Positions 35,038-43,478 of a DNA stretch of 64,000 bases are shown piece by piece. A program made the position numbers and the translations under genes. The notes under the pieces were generated by a model, which was not told the DNA's origin, ran no database searches, and saw only the letters and a program-made list of their open reading frames with translations. The stretch comes from Escherichia phage IME08, in the sequence record NC_014260.1; one strand, written 5' to 3'. How positions within the stretch are numbered: position 1 is the stretch's first letter; each line of letters begins with the position of its first letter.

Positions 35038-35631
35038 TTACTTAAGTGAATTAATGTAGTCGTCGATATCAGCAGAAGTCGTATCCATTCCAACCTGTGG
35101 GCCTTTAAACGTTTCTACACGCAGCAGGGTATCTTCAATATCAATCTTAGTCAGTGCAGCGATTTCAACAACATCATCGGCAGTAGCAATACCAAGGGCA
35201 GCCATATTACGAGTTTCACGGATGTACTCGAGCTTAACAGCCAGTTCCTGACGAGAGTCATCAAGTTCCTTGACCTTCAGTTTAATTTCATTACGCATTT
35301 CGATATAATCATCGGCTTTCTTACGAAGCTGAGTAGCCGTACGACGATAAAGGAGGCCGAGTTTAGCATGTACCTGGACATCAGCGCCTTCGGCAATCAG
35401 TTTACGAATTTCACGTTCTTTAGAAGCAGCAAGCTGGTCTTTTTCATTAGCCAACGCACGAATACGTTTTTCTTCATTCACAGACTTAACATGAGCAGTC
35501 TGGAGTTCAGTGATTTTATCAATCAGGGTAGAAGCAGCTTTAGTATACTGGTCTTCGATTGACAGGTTCTGAGCCATTGCAGTACCCAGTTTAGAACGGA
35601 TGAATTCAACGATTTTCTTTAAAGTGTTCAT
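35038..35631 (-). CDS. Coiled-coil protein (possibly PspA/IM30-like)
   Basis: 197 aa, long heptad-rich helical sequence with the length and charge pattern of PspA-family proteins; similarity is not established. Confidence 0.4.
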   Translation of the reverse strand: MNTLKKIVEFIRSKLGTAMAQNLSIEDQYTKAASTLIDKITELQTAHVKSVNEEKRIRALANEKDQLAASKEREIRKLIAEGADVQVHAKLGLLYRRTATQLRKKADDYIEMRNEIKLKVKELDDSRQELAVKLEYIRETRNMAALGIATADDVVEIAALTKIDIEDTLLRVETFKGPQVGMDTTSADIDDYINSLK

Positions 35632-35673
35632 AGTATTTCCTTCAGTTGGTTAAGATTTATAATCCATGAGGAC

Positions 35674-35703
35674 ATTATACCCTGTCCTCTGAGGGATGTA
35701 AAC
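35674..35703 (-). promoter_or_regulatory. T4-type early promoter
   Basis: Minus strand GTTTAC, 18 nt, TATAAT; inverted repeat GAGGACA/TGTCCTC. Confidence 0.5.
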
Positions 35704-35706
35704 ATT

Positions 35707-36105
35707 TTATTTCATTTTTGCGAGGCAGATTTCATTGGCTTCCCATTGAGCTTGCTTAATAATAGCTTTGGATACAGGAGCCCTTTGGCCATAAGTTTTT
35801 GACGTTGAGAGAACAATATATTTGTTTGTCTCATTATGCCAGCCCCATGATTTTTCGCCATGGGTACCTTTAACTACAGCTGACACCTCAACAGAGCAAC
35901 CACCATCAGAAATCTTGGTTTCGACAATCCATTCATTTCTTTCGGCGGCTTCAAGTTCTAATCTAGTTTTTTCTTCATACATGGCAGCCCAATCAGTTTT
36001 TGCCAAGTTGAAAGTGAGAGCTTTCTCTAATTCTTTGGCAGCTTTTTGTTGTTCAGGCGTTAATGAATTGTACAACTCTTGCATTTCTTTATCTTCGATA
36101 TTCAT
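35707..36105 (-). CDS. Hypothetical protein (132 aa)
   Basis: ORF with SD GAGGAG downstream of an early promoter. Confidence 0.5.
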   Translation of the reverse strand: MNIEDKEMQELYNSLTPEQQKAAKELEKALTFNLAKTDWAAMYEEKTRLELEAAERNEWIVETKISDGGCSVEVSAVVKGTHGEKSWGWHNETNKYIVLSTSKTYGQRAPVSKAIIKQAQWEANEICLAKMK

Positions 36106-36128
36106 TATGTTCTCCTCAAATTATGGGC

Positions 36129-36158
36129 TCATAATATCTTAATCATGAGCCCATGTAA
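36129..36158 (-). promoter_or_regulatory. T4-type early promoter
   Basis: Minus strand GTTTAC, 18 nt, TATTAT; perfect inverted repeat ATGGGCTCAT/ATGAGCCCAT. Confidence 0.55.
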
Positions 36159-36162
36159 ACAA

Positions 36163-36441
36163 TTATTTCATATTATTGAAATACTCTTCCGCATCAAAAT
36201 CGTTATCATGATAAACTTTGGTAGACAATTTAACATAACCTTCGGCGGCAAACATATTAACCACAACCTTTACAGTATACCACTGTCCGTCATCATTACC
36301 CATTACTGCGTAAGTTTCAAATATAGGATGGTCATCACCTATAACCTTAATATCGTTAACAGTAGCACCAAATTCTTCAGGAACGCATTTCATAAAGAAA
36401 TTAAACAATTCACCATAATTATCCATTTTACTCTCCTTCAC
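36163..36441 (-). CDS. Hypothetical acidic protein (92 aa)
   Basis: ORF with SD GGAG, downstream of an early promoter. Confidence 0.45.
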   Translation of the reverse strand: MKESKMDNYGELFNFFMKCVPEEFGATVNDIKVIGDDHPIFETYAVMGNDDGQWYTVKVVVNMFAAEGYVKLSTKVYHDNDFDAEEYFNNMK

Positions 36442-36461
36442 TCTGTTGTTTTGATAGGTCT

Positions 36462-36490
36462 ATAGTATCATGTTTAAAGGAGGTGTAAAC
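36462..36490 (-). promoter_or_regulatory. T4-type early promoter (PeSL-like cassette)
   Basis: Minus strand GTTTAC, 17 nt, TACTAT, AGACCTATCAAAACAACAGAGTG. Confidence 0.6.
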
Positions 36491-36523
36491 AACTTTGTGA
36501 AATTATTTTTAGTCTAAACCCCC

Positions 36524-36546
36524 AAAAGGAGACCGAAGTCTCCTTT
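36524..36546 (-). terminator. Rho-independent terminator (UUCG tetraloop)
   Basis: GGAGAC-UUCG-GUCUCC followed by UUUU, right after the stop of the 36549-37166 gene. Confidence 0.45.
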
Positions 36547-36548
36547 CA

Positions 36549-37166
36549 TTATTTACGGGTCTTTTCGAACTGGGCCGCGTCACCAGCCAGACGACGAGCT
36601 TGACGAAGTTTGTTGTCGATTTCTTCGCGCATAGGCTGGGTATACTTAAGGCCTTCAACCGTCAGATAGAGGCGATAAAGGTCTGGGGTGTCTAGGTTGT
36701 TAATGTGCTGTCCGTTACGAAGAGTATTGAATTCACGAACAAGGTGTTTAGTTTCGGATTCGATTTCAGAAACCAAAGAAGCCAGTTGATTATATTTTTT
36801 AACTATAGTGCTGGTGTCAAACTTGATTTTAGGTTTAGGAGCTTCTTTTACCGGTTCGGCTTTAGGCGTCGGTTTCGGCGCTGCAACTTTGGCCTGGGCT
36901 GCAGGTTTAGCAACAGGAGCTTTAGCTGGTTTAGCAGGCTTAGTAGCGCCGCCAGCTACGATATCTTTAAAAGCTTTAGAAGCTTTGTAATATTCTTTCT
37001 GGTTACTAGTATCAAAACCATACATATCATAAACGTTTTTAAAGAATTCGGTGGTGGTTTTAGTCCCAGAAATTTTATCATAAGCCGCTTGCCACATATC
37101 TTTAGTCATGCGGACGCCGGCTTCGGTCAGAACGCTTTCGTTCAAAAATTCATTGTAAGTTTTCAT
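36549..37166 (-). CDS. Internal head protein (IPIII-like, basic Lys/Ala/Pro-rich) with capsid targeting sequence
   Basis: 205 aa; N-terminal [11 protein letters not shown]; Ala/Lys/Pro-rich basic middle region; its own late promoter upstream. Confidence 0.6.
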   Translation of the reverse strand: MKTYNEFLNESVLTEAGVRMTKDMWQAAYDKISGTKTTTEFFKNVYDMYGFDTSNQKEYYKASKAFKDIVAGGATKPAKPAKAPVAKPAAQAKVAAPKPTPKAEPVKEAPKPKIKFDTSTIVKKYNQLASLVSEIESETKHLVREFNTLRNGQHINNLDTPDLYRLYLTVEGLKYTQPMREEIDNKLRQARRLAGDAAQFEKTRK

Positions 37167-37194
37167 TATTGTTTCCTGTGTTAATTAACTTATC

Positions 37195-37202
37195 TATTTA
37201 TA
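37195..37202 (-). promoter_or_regulatory. Late promoter (TATAAATA) for the internal protein gene
   Basis: Minus-strand TATAAATA about 29 nt upstream of the ATG, SD ACAGGAAAC in between. Confidence 0.55.
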
Positions 37203-37203
37203 C

Positions 37204-37233
37204 AAAAAAGGCCCAACCTTTCGGAAGGGCCTT
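37204..37233 (-). terminator. Rho-independent terminator downstream of the tRNA cluster
   Basis: Minus-strand GGCCC...GAAA...GGGCC hairpin followed by UUUUUU. Confidence 0.6.
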
Positions 37234-37401
37234 TAACCTAGGGTAACCTTGTCGGGGTTCCACCTGCTAGGCAAGTGTTCGGTGCGCCGTTTCGGCTGTG
37301 AGATAAGGGACTTTAAGAGGAACTCATGTACGCCTTAAAGTCGGGTCTTATTCAGGGAACTTCAGTCCGACGACTTACCGGTAGCGACCCGGTTTCTTGT
37401 T

Positions 37402-37477
37402 TGGCCGAGACAGTAGGGATCGAACCTACGACCCAGGACTTAGAAGGTCCTTGCTCTTCCTTCTGAGCTATGCCTCG
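37402..37477 (-). tRNA. tRNA-Arg (anticodon UCU)
   Basis: 76 nt cloverleaf folded by hand: acceptor CGAGGCA/TGTCTCG, D-stem GCTC/GAGC, anticodon stem AGGAC/GTCCT with loop CTTCTAA, T-arm GTAGG-TTCGATC-CCTAC, encoded CCA. Confidence 0.8.
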
Positions 37478-37481
37478 TATT

Positions 37482-37556
37482 TGGCGGACATGCATGGATT
37501 CGAACCATGGACCAATTGATTAACAGTCAACTGCTCTACCACTGAGCTACACATCC
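37482..37556 (-). tRNA. tRNA-Asn (anticodon GUU)
   Basis: 75 nt: acceptor GGATGTG/CATGTCC (two G-U pairs), D-arm GCTC-AGTGGTA-GAGC, anticodon loop CTGTTAA, T-arm CATGG-TTCGAAT-CCATG, encoded CCA. Confidence 0.75.
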
Positions 37557-37560
37557 AAAT

Positions 37561-37634
37561 TGGTGGCCCTGGGTGGAATCGAACCACCATCCAGCGATTA
37601 TGAGTCGCTCGCTTGACCGTCCAGCTACAGGGCC
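37561..37634 (-). tRNA. tRNA with CAU anticodon (Ile2/lysidine-type or Met)
   Basis: 74 nt: acceptor GGCCCTG/CAGGGCC, anticodon arm AGCGA-CTCATAA-TCGCT, T-arm GGTGG-TTCGATT-CCACC, encoded CCA; anticodon arm resembles bacterial tRNA-Ile2. Confidence 0.7.
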
Positions 37635-37719
37635 TTAATTCTATTATGAAAGGCTCTTTGAGGGAAGAACCTTTGGTAATAGAGGGTATTAATGATAGAG
37701 TAATAATATCACATAATTC

Positions 37720-38004
37720 TTAAAGCATATTAATGTAATCAAGTTTAATAGAAGCAATCTTCAAAGGATTTTTAAAGATGTCGTATTCGACCAATCCATT
37801 TTCAGTTGCGGTATAAAAAGTAAAGTTAACAGAATTATAACGATGGCTGTTAACTTTGAGCTTAACATCGCTTGAACTACGTCCTATATTAACCTGTTGA
37901 ACATCAAGAACAGCATCTTTGCCATAATTGCGAATCAACAACTCAGCTGCAACCTGATCGGATTTATAGCCATTCTCTGGATTAGTAACCTTAACGTATA
38001 GCAT
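37720..38004 (-). CDS. Hypothetical protein (94 aa)
   Basis: ORF upstream of the tRNA cluster. Confidence 0.45.
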   Translation of the reverse strand: MLYVKVTNPENGYKSDQVAAELLIRNYGKDAVLDVQQVNIGRSSSDVKLKVNSHRYNSVNFTFYTATENGLVEYDIFKNPLKIASIKLDYINML

Positions 38005-38406
38005 TTAACCCTCGTCTACAATTGTGTGGGTATTGGCATTAACAATCTGCCACCAGTCAAAACGATTAGAACCGTAACAAGGCTTATTCTCGTTATCTTT
38101 AATGATATTACGTAGTTCATCTTCAGTAGCAGCTTTTGCGATTAAGTCAGTGTATCCACCACGTGGATAATAGTTGTCACCGGCGAACAAAAGGAAATTT
38201 ACCTTTCCAGAAGGAATATATGCTTCCTTAGGATACTTGTTTCCTGCATGGTCTACCACTTCAATATAACGATAAGGGATATCAGTACTTTCAACCCATT
38301 GCCAAGCTGCAGCAGGAGAGTCAAAAGCATCAACACCTAAACGGTTATCTTCATCTTTAGACGGGTTATTTTCATAATCCGCATATACATAATATTCAAC
38401 GTTCAT
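38005..38406 (-). CDS. Hypothetical protein (133 aa)
   Basis: ORF, start overlaps the upstream stop. Confidence 0.45.
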   Translation of the reverse strand: MNVEYYVYADYENNPSKDEDNRLGVDAFDSPAAAWQWVESTDIPYRYIEVVDHAGNKYPKEAYIPSGKVNFLLFAGDNYYPRGGYTDLIAKAATEDELRNIIKDNENKPCYGSNRFDWWQIVNANTHTIVDEG

Positions 38407-38603
38407 TATTCACCTTTAGAGATTTTATCCATTACGAAAGAGATTGAACCAATTAAAAATGCCACTACTAAAGAGATTATATTCTCGGAAGTTGAAAGCA
38501 TATCGAGCATGAATCCTGCAAACATACTAAAGCCAAAAGCAGTAACGGCTGCCAGTGCAGTAACATTTCTAATTAATTCACAACGTTTCATTTTATTCTC
38601 CAA
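38406..38603 (-). CDS. Small membrane protein (65 aa)
   Basis: Hydrophobic ORF with SD GGAG, downstream of an early promoter. Confidence 0.4.
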   Translation of the reverse strand: MENKMKRCELIRNVTALAAVTAFGFSMFAGFMLDMLSTSENIISLVVAFLIGSISFVMDKISKGE

Positions 38604-38627
38604 TCACTCATTTGTTTTGATAGGGCT

Positions 38628-38657
38628 ATAGTACCATCACTAGAGCCCGTTGTAAAC
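38628..38657 (-). promoter_or_regulatory. T4-type early promoter
   Basis: Minus strand GTTTAC, 18 nt, TACTAT, then AGCCCTATCAAAACA. Confidence 0.55.
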
Positions 38658-38659
38658 AA

Positions 38660-38932
38660 TTATTTTAAATAAATTGCATACTTTTTATAACCAGCCGTTT
38701 CGTGACGCAGCCCTTTTTCATTAGCAAAACGTTCAATATTGTTAATTTGATTCTGGTCGAGTTCTGAAGTATCAAATACAAAAAAGTTTCGCTTATTGCC
38801 TAAAGTTACATGATTAGTCAAATCGATGTTATAGAGATGATTTATATTATCAATCATAGTCTTAACAGATTTGTTAATTTTTACTTCTTCATTAAGAATA
38901 GATTCAGCGATAAATTCTTGATATGTTTTCAT
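38660..38932 (-). CDS. Internal-protein-like protein with capsid targeting sequence
   Basis: 90 aa, N-terminal MKTYQEFIAES. Confidence 0.55.
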   Translation of the reverse strand: MKTYQEFIAESILNEEVKINKSVKTMIDNINHLYNIDLTNHVTLGNKRNFFVFDTSELDQNQINNIERFANEKGLRHETAGYKKYAIYLK

Positions 38933-38934
38933 TT

Positions 38935-39159
38935 TTATTCAGCGCCAGCGGCTTTCAAAAGTTTTTTAAGATTAGCGGTGCCTTGAGCAGAAAATGTGAC
39001 CTTGCCGTCTTTTTCGCCGATGCTCCCGGTCAATTTAGCGAGCTTATCACTAGGGACTTTTTTAAAATCAGCCAATGAACCGTCAAAGGTTTTTGTAACA
39101 ACCGGCAGTTGGTCTTCGTGTTTTTTAGCTTCGGTAATAAATTCTTGATAAGTTTTCAT
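38935..39159 (-). CDS. Internal-protein-like protein with capsid targeting sequence
   Basis: 74 aa, N-terminal MKTYQEFITEA. Confidence 0.55.
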   Translation of the reverse strand: MKTYQEFITEAKKHEDQLPVVTKTFDGSLADFKKVPSDKLAKLTGSIGEKDGKVTFSAQGTANLKKLLKAAGAE

Positions 39160-39196
39160 TTTGATTTCCGTTTGGTTAGTTTGTTTTGATAGGTCT

Positions 39197-39225
39197 ATAG
39201 TATCATGCCTATAGACCTTGTAAAC
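39197..39225 (-). promoter_or_regulatory. T4-type early promoter (PeSL-like; identical copy of the 30984 element)
   Basis: Minus strand GTTTAC, 17 nt, TACTAT with AGGTCTATAG/CTATAGACCT inverted repeat. Confidence 0.6.
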
Positions 39226-39237
39226 ACCTTTTTTAAA

Positions 39238-40121
<884 letters not shown>

Positions 40122-40129
<8 letters not shown>

Positions 40130-40883
40130 TTTTATTTCCTAATAATTTATCAATAGTAGTGTATAGTTCAGAAAGAGTGCCGTTATTTTCAACAACAACG
40201 TCACCAGGTAAAATTGGCAGACCCGCTTCAGTGATGTGCGAGTCTTGTACTTGACCGGTTTCAGAGCGAACTACATGAATAATCGTAGCACCCATCGCTC
40301 TGAGCGAATCAATTTCATGTGTTTGACGAACATCAGGTACGACATAGTATTTCGCATCAGAGTATATTTTATCAAAATAGTCTAAAGCGAACAACTTAAC
40401 CCAATACATCTTATCAAATTGGTTAACAATAATATCAGTCCCAAGGGTCTGCATGAGACGACGTACTGACCAATTGTTATTTTTATTTATTACTTCAAAC
40501 AGTTGGTCTTTTGTTTCTTCAGACAGATACTGGACTGGGGTAAGACCATAATGATATGCGGTACGAACATCAATTCCTGGAATAGGAAGGATATTATTCA
40601 GTTTGACAATAGCATTTTCAAAGATATCAATAACATCATATGGTTTTAAAGGAATGATTTCTTCACGGTCGTAACCGATACCTTCAAAACAGTTAAAATC
40701 GAGTTTAGGCATATAACTACGGTCGAATACAGGGTCATCAGAGATGTATTCATAGGCTTCAGCCAGATACTTTTTAATAGGACCCGCGAGCTGAAATTTT
40801 ACCGAATCCATATTTTCGATTACATAGTTAGCAACGGTATCCTTACCGCTACGTTTGATTCCTACAATTGATATTAGTTTCAT
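40122..40883 (-). CDS. 1: Deoxynucleoside monophosphate kinase gp1
   Basis: 253 aa; MKLISIVGIKRSGKDT (P-loop) and WSVRRLMQ.LGTD.IVN.FD.MYWVKLFALDY match T4 gp1. Confidence 0.88.
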
Positions 40884-41473
40884 TATTTTCTCATAGATGG
40901 ATGCATAGACATACGAGCCACACGTTGTTCAGCGTACGAATCAATTTGTGGACGACCTGTAACTATTGTACCATCTATTTCTACAGCAAACGATTTGAAG
41001 TTGAATGTTGCGGTAGCGATTATCGCAGGGTCAGAATCTTCTTTATATGAATACTGGATTTCCGAGAGGTCGGATGGCCAACCACCGTAGTAATGAATGC
41101 TCATTACGATTTTCTGTTTGTTATTATCAAGAATATGGAGCGTAATTGCTTCAGGTAAGCCTTTAGGATGCCAAGCTTCGGATTCATGGGTTACGTAGTT
41201 GTTTAATGACAACATCCACTTATAAACGTCAAGCCATGATTTCAATTCACGGTCTACAAGAAAGTTCACGATCAATGGGTCGAATTCTACAGTAGAACCT
41301 GGCAGCTTAGCACGATGTATGCCCTGGGTCGATCCTGGGACGTCTGAGATCGGAATATGGATACCAGGTAGTGTTACATCTTGTACGTTCAATTTGAATG
41401 ACTGTGTCATTCCTGAGTCACTAACCTCTAAGATAAAGTTGGTGGTGTTAGTTTGGTTAAATAAACCGTTCAT
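40883..41473 (-). CDS. 3: Tail completion / sheath stabiliser protein gp3
   Basis: Synteny 4-2-3-1; start placed at MNGLF (SD AGGA at 6-nt spacing); an alternative start at 41410 (MTQSFKLNVQ) would give the 176-aa T4 length. Confidence 0.65.
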   Translation of the reverse strand: MNGLFNQTNTTNFILEVSDSGMTQSFKLNVQDVTLPGIHIPISDVPGSTQGIHRAKLPGSTVEFDPLIVNFLVDRELKSWLDVYKWMLSLNNYVTHESEAWHPKGLPEAITLHILDNNKQKIVMSIHYYGGWPSDLSEIQYSYKEDSDPAIIATATFNFKSFAVEIDGTIVTGRPQIDSYAEQRVARMSMHPSMRK

Positions 41474-41555
41474 AAGGTTCCTATATTGCTTAAGTCCCAG
41501 ACAGTGTATAATGGTCCTAGGTCTGTTCCATTCAATAACTGGCTGGGATAATAGA

Positions 41556-42383
41556 TTATGAATTCTTCCATACTTTCTGAGCTGAGTAACGCTTGCCTTT
41601 AGACATGAATTGCTGAAGTGGAAGCATGACCACATTAGCCCAATCAGATGGTTTTATCTCTACTAAAGGTCCCTTGATATTTCCAGGGATATAAGCCTTA
41701 ATCATCACGTCGGCTCCGGCGAATCCTTTTACCTTGCTCCAATCGATTTTTAATTTAGTCGAGTTCGTAATGGTAGGCGTACTCGCGTATTGCTTCAGCA
41801 ATTCTTCCAGAAATTGTTGTCGTGCTTTAGGCGGGATATAGTGTAAGTTCAGCCCGTACATTAAATTATGCTTACCTAACCCAAGATAAATGATTAAAGG
41901 ATATTTGTCCCAATACGGTAGGGTATCCTTGTGCTTGGCGTCATAGATATAAGCATAAAGCTTACCGGGAGATGGTTTAGATACCTGGTGTCCACGAATT
42001 CCTTTCTTTAATGTTTCTGTAAACCATTTAGCTGATTTATTGTTTACAGCAGCGCCTTCGTTAGCAATCTTATCACGAATACTCTTTCTAAAACTATTCA
42101 CCAAAATTAATTGACGTTCGGCTTTGGTTAATTTATTGCCAGGTTTATTCTGAAGTTTTTCAACCTGTACAGCAGTTTTAATTCGACTCGAGTATCGAGA
42201 CATCGCAGATGTAAAGCTAGAATACTTAATGCCTTTATCTTCAGCAAATTTCTTAGCCGAGACACCTTTAGCCTTAGCTTTAGCGTATTCAACACCTAAT
42301 GCTATCCATTGTTGTTCTGAACGGGTAGGCTTGGAACCCTTTGTGGTTTCAGTAGCCTCATTGATGTAGGAAAATATACTCAT
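41556..42383 (-). CDS. 2: DNA end protector protein gp2
   Basis: About 275 aa (T4 gp2 274); start MSIFSY by ATGA overlap with the gene 4 stop; track ORF begins 9 nt upstream. Confidence 0.75.
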   Translation of the reverse strand: MSIFSYINEATETTKGSKPTRSEQQWIALGVEYAKAKAKGVSAKKFAEDKGIKYSSFTSAMSRYSSRIKTAVQVEKLQNKPGNKLTKAERQLILVNSFRKSIRDKIANEGAAVNNKSAKWFTETLKKGIRGHQVSKPSPGKLYAYIYDAKHKDTLPYWDKYPLIIYLGLGKHNLMYGLNLHYIPPKARQQFLEELLKQYASTPTITNSTKLKIDWSKVKGFAGADVMIKAYIPGNIKGPLVEIKPSDWANVVMLPLQQFMSKGKRYSAQKVWKNS

Positions 42384-42829
42384 CCTTTCCATCCTAATTT
42401 TTTCAGTGAATGTTCGGTAATCAATCTAAAGGTGATACCCATTTTATCTGCTGTAGCTTTAGCTGCTTTCCACTTATCGGTATTAACAGACCAAGTATAG
42501 TGTTCGTTGATATATCTCTTTTTAGCAGCCGTAGTCATTTTAACAGGCGCCGCAGGAGCATGGGTTTCTTTAAAAGGTTTGACTTCAAAAAAGAATTGTT
42601 GACCTGTATCAAATTTAACCCAGAAGTCCATAAAATATCGTCTTTTCTTTCCTTCGGCATTGCAAAAGTATGGAATCACCACCTCTTCTGAATTCCACTG
42701 GACTACATTAGGATGGTTGTCAAGCCAACGCATAAACCATGCTTCCCAAGAGGAACGATATTGGATTTTCTTCCAGTCACCTTTATATTTTTGTAAGTTT
42801 GTAGGTTTAAATTTCCCTGAGTAAGCCAT
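42380..42829 (-). CDS. 4: Head completion protein gp4
   Basis: 149 aa; MAYSGK...YRS.WE..F..WLD..P....[21 protein letters not shown] matches T4 gp4; divergent from gene 53. Confidence 0.88.
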   Translation of the reverse strand: MAYSGKFKPTNLQKYKGDWKKIQYRSSWEAWFMRWLDNHPNVVQWNSEEVVIPYFCNAEGKKRRYFMDFWVKFDTGQQFFFEVKPFKETHAPAAPVKMTTAAKKRYINEHYTWSVNTDKWKAAKATADKMGITFRLITEHSLKKLGWKG

Positions 42830-42840
42830 AGTCGCCTCCT

Positions 42841-42848
42841 TATAAATA
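42841..42848 (+). promoter_or_regulatory. Late promoter (TATAAATA) for gene 53 and the baseplate operon
   Basis: Plus-strand TATAAATA 28 nt upstream of the gene 53 ATG, SD GGAGG in between. Confidence 0.6.
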
Positions 42849-42875
42849 TTAATATTATTTATACTCGGAGGCCCT

Positions 42876-43478
42876 ATGCTCTTCTCATTTTTCGATCCTA
42901 TCGATTACGAATCAAAAACAGTCAAGCCAGATTCCGGCTCATTAACAAATGCCGATGTATTGAGCGTGCCGATGACTGATATATTTAGAAATTATAAAGA
43001 ATATTTTGATAAAGTGGCTAAAAATTATACACTAAAGACTTATTATATCAATGGGGCCCCTCGTCCAGAAGAATTGGCTAATCAACTTTATGGCAACGTC
43101 CAATTATATTGGGTTTTATTGATGTGCAATAATATATACGACCCCTATTACGGCTGGATTACAGGTCAAGAAGCGGCCTACCAAGCGGCAATCCAAAGAT
43201 ATTCTACTGCAGGTGGTAATCAGGTTCTTTATCATGTTAATGAAAAGGGTGAGAAATTCTGGAATCTTGTTAATACTCCAGAAAACCCATATACTTGGTA
43301 TGATAAAGGCGATACAGAAAAACGTTATCCTCAATATGAGGGCCCTTTGGCCGCAGTAGATATTTACGAGGATGCTATTCGTAAAAATGAATATAAGCGC
43401 GAAATAAAGATTATAGACCCTAATGATATTGAGTCCTTTATTTCAGCCCTTATTCGTGAAATGGAGAAAGCCCTCTAA
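42876..43478 (+). CDS. 53: Baseplate wedge protein gp53
   Basis: 200 aa; MLFSFFDPIDYESKTV...PMTDIFRNYKEYF...YYINGAPRPEELANQLYGN.QLYWVLLMCNN.YDPYYGWIT matches T4 gp53. Confidence 0.88.
   Translation: MLFSFFDPIDYESKTVKPDSGSLTNADVLSVPMTDIFRNYKEYFDKVAKNYTLKTYYINGAPRPEELANQLYGNVQLYWVLLMCNNIYDPYYGWITGQEAAYQAAIQRYSTAGGNQVLYHVNEKGEKFWNLVNTPENPYTWYDKGDTEKRYPQYEGPLAAVDIYEDAIRKNEYKREIKIIDPNDIESFISALIREMEKAL

Noticed and set aside
37234-37401. A fourth tRNA between tRNA-Arg and the terminator
   Set aside because: No T-loop (GTTCRA) or acceptor-stem pairing could be folded by hand on either strand; retained only as a possible non-tRNA stable RNA.
8579-39225. The repeated about 46-bp elements considered as a CRISPR array
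   Set aside because: Copies are kilobases apart with genes between them, are not direct repeats with uniform spacers, and contain promoter hexamers at fixed spacing; they are promoter cassettes.
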